A stretch of 64,000 nt of DNA from assembly GCA_973895155.1 (NCBI GenBank), contig OZ316897.1, positions 13,639,375 through 13,703,374 on the forward strand, written 5' to 3'. The position numbers and the translations under genes were made by a program. Origin of the DNA: Marsupella aquatica (Eukaryota > Plantae > Marchantiophyta). This document shows positions 62,800-64,000 of the stretch, one piece after another; the first letter of the stretch is position 1; every line of letters begins with the position of its first letter. The notes beneath the pieces were generated by a model. The model did not search any database and was not told the DNA's origin. It saw only the letters and a list, made by a program, of their open reading frames with translations.

Positions 62800-64000
62800 C
62801 AAGTTCAGAAGGTCGCACCTCTCTAGGAGGACACTGACATGCCTCAATAGCGACGTCTCTTGCAGGAAAATGGTGATATTTCTTTGAGGCTGCCCGCAAG
62901 TGTCTCGATAATGAGTTTCACTGTCATAGTGCTGACCGCGGATTATAGCCCAAATCTTGAACCGCCAATGTCGTGTACGGTGATTCGTCTAGATCTCCTG
63001 ATGACAAAATCCAGAAAGAAGGGTGGATCAACAAAGCTGATCTGCCGTGACCCTCATCCGGATACGAAACAAAATGGTGGAAAGCTGGCAGGATTGCCCA
63101 TAACGCAATGTCTAATCTAAAGTTATCCAATTTGACCTCTTGGAGTGCAAGAATGTCAACTGGCAACCGTCAAGATCTGATCTAGATCTTGACTACATGT
63201 TTCCCATTGGGTTTCACAAAACCCACAAACACTCCAAGATCAGAAGAAATGACTACAGAACTTCTCATTTAATTTGACAATTCTCTTCTTCGTCTGTTCG
63301 CAAAAAAGATCGCTTGTTTAAATCCTCTTCCGCCCACCGAGTGGGAGCCCGACTCTTCCATTTGTCATTTCTGGGTTCACTTGGGTCAAAGATTTCAAGT
63401 GGTAGCACGCTTTCGACAAATCCTTCTATAGACGGAAAACTTTCTCCTCCTAACTCTCCAGCGTCAGTGGTCCAATCACGATGTCCTGCATCTCCTCCTC
63501 TACTGCCCAGGGTTCCTTGATAGCCAAAACCTGCATCAGACATAATGCCATGCACAGCACTAGATGGAAATTTTAGTGACCTCTGTTTTTAACCTTCAAT
63601 AATCTCTTTGCCTCCTCCTATCCCTGCTTGGCGTTCTCAGGTCTTGCTTACGCGCGTGTGCCGTAGACTGACTCTTGACTCTATAAGCTTCGTATTCTAA
63701 CATCTCCACATTTGACATTTCATGATACAAAAATTCTCCGGCACCATTTTCAGAAATAGATCGAGCGGTGAAGCACAATTTCTCCTTGCTGGAGCCTCTG
63801 CATTTCTTTGCTGATCGGTACAAAGCTTTCTGCAGCTGTATTATGAGCCTTGGAAGGACCAGCTTGATTTTCTGTCGGTAGTAGTGCATCTGGCATTGAT
63901 GAAGATTTGAGAGTCCGGTAAGAGGGTTTGCTCTCCCTCAATTCTCTGGGTCTTGTTGGAGTCAAAACTCTCCCCTCCTGTTTATCATGCGGCAGCTCTT
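62800..64000 (-). mobile_element. Degenerate LINE fragment (ORF1 tail + APE endonuclease start)
   Basis: VDILALQEVKL ... GRSALLI. Confidence 0.65.

Overview
Repeat-rich nuclear DNA from a land plant with flagellated sperm (a bryophyte such as a liverwort, or a lycophyte/fern; inferred from a ciliary gene plus a plastid-targeted SufD). Three intron-containing host genes can be reconstructed: plastid SufD/ABCI7 (-, ~34.2-36.4 kb), a ciliary gene joining a SPATA4/SPEF1-type CH domain to a JHY-like C-terminal domain (+, 40.8-45.1 kb, 9 exons) and LSM1 (+, 60.6-62.7 kb, 5 exons). The rest is nested transposons: Ty3/gypsy fragments and solo-LTR-like units, two full-length Ty1/copia elements (one degenerate, one with apparently identical LTRs), a truncated copia, LINE fragments, MULE and PIF/Harbinger pseudogenes, two Tourist MITEs and a probable CACTA end. 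Two signals stand out. First, 3.9-4.5 kb TG...CA-bounded units look like solo LTRs yet carry a long accessory ORF; a homologous ORF plus tail also forms the 3' end of a gag-protease gypsy element, suggesting gene-carrying LTRs. Second, the CH-JHY fusion gene. All domain calls are by eye from recalled motifs; no database searches were run.
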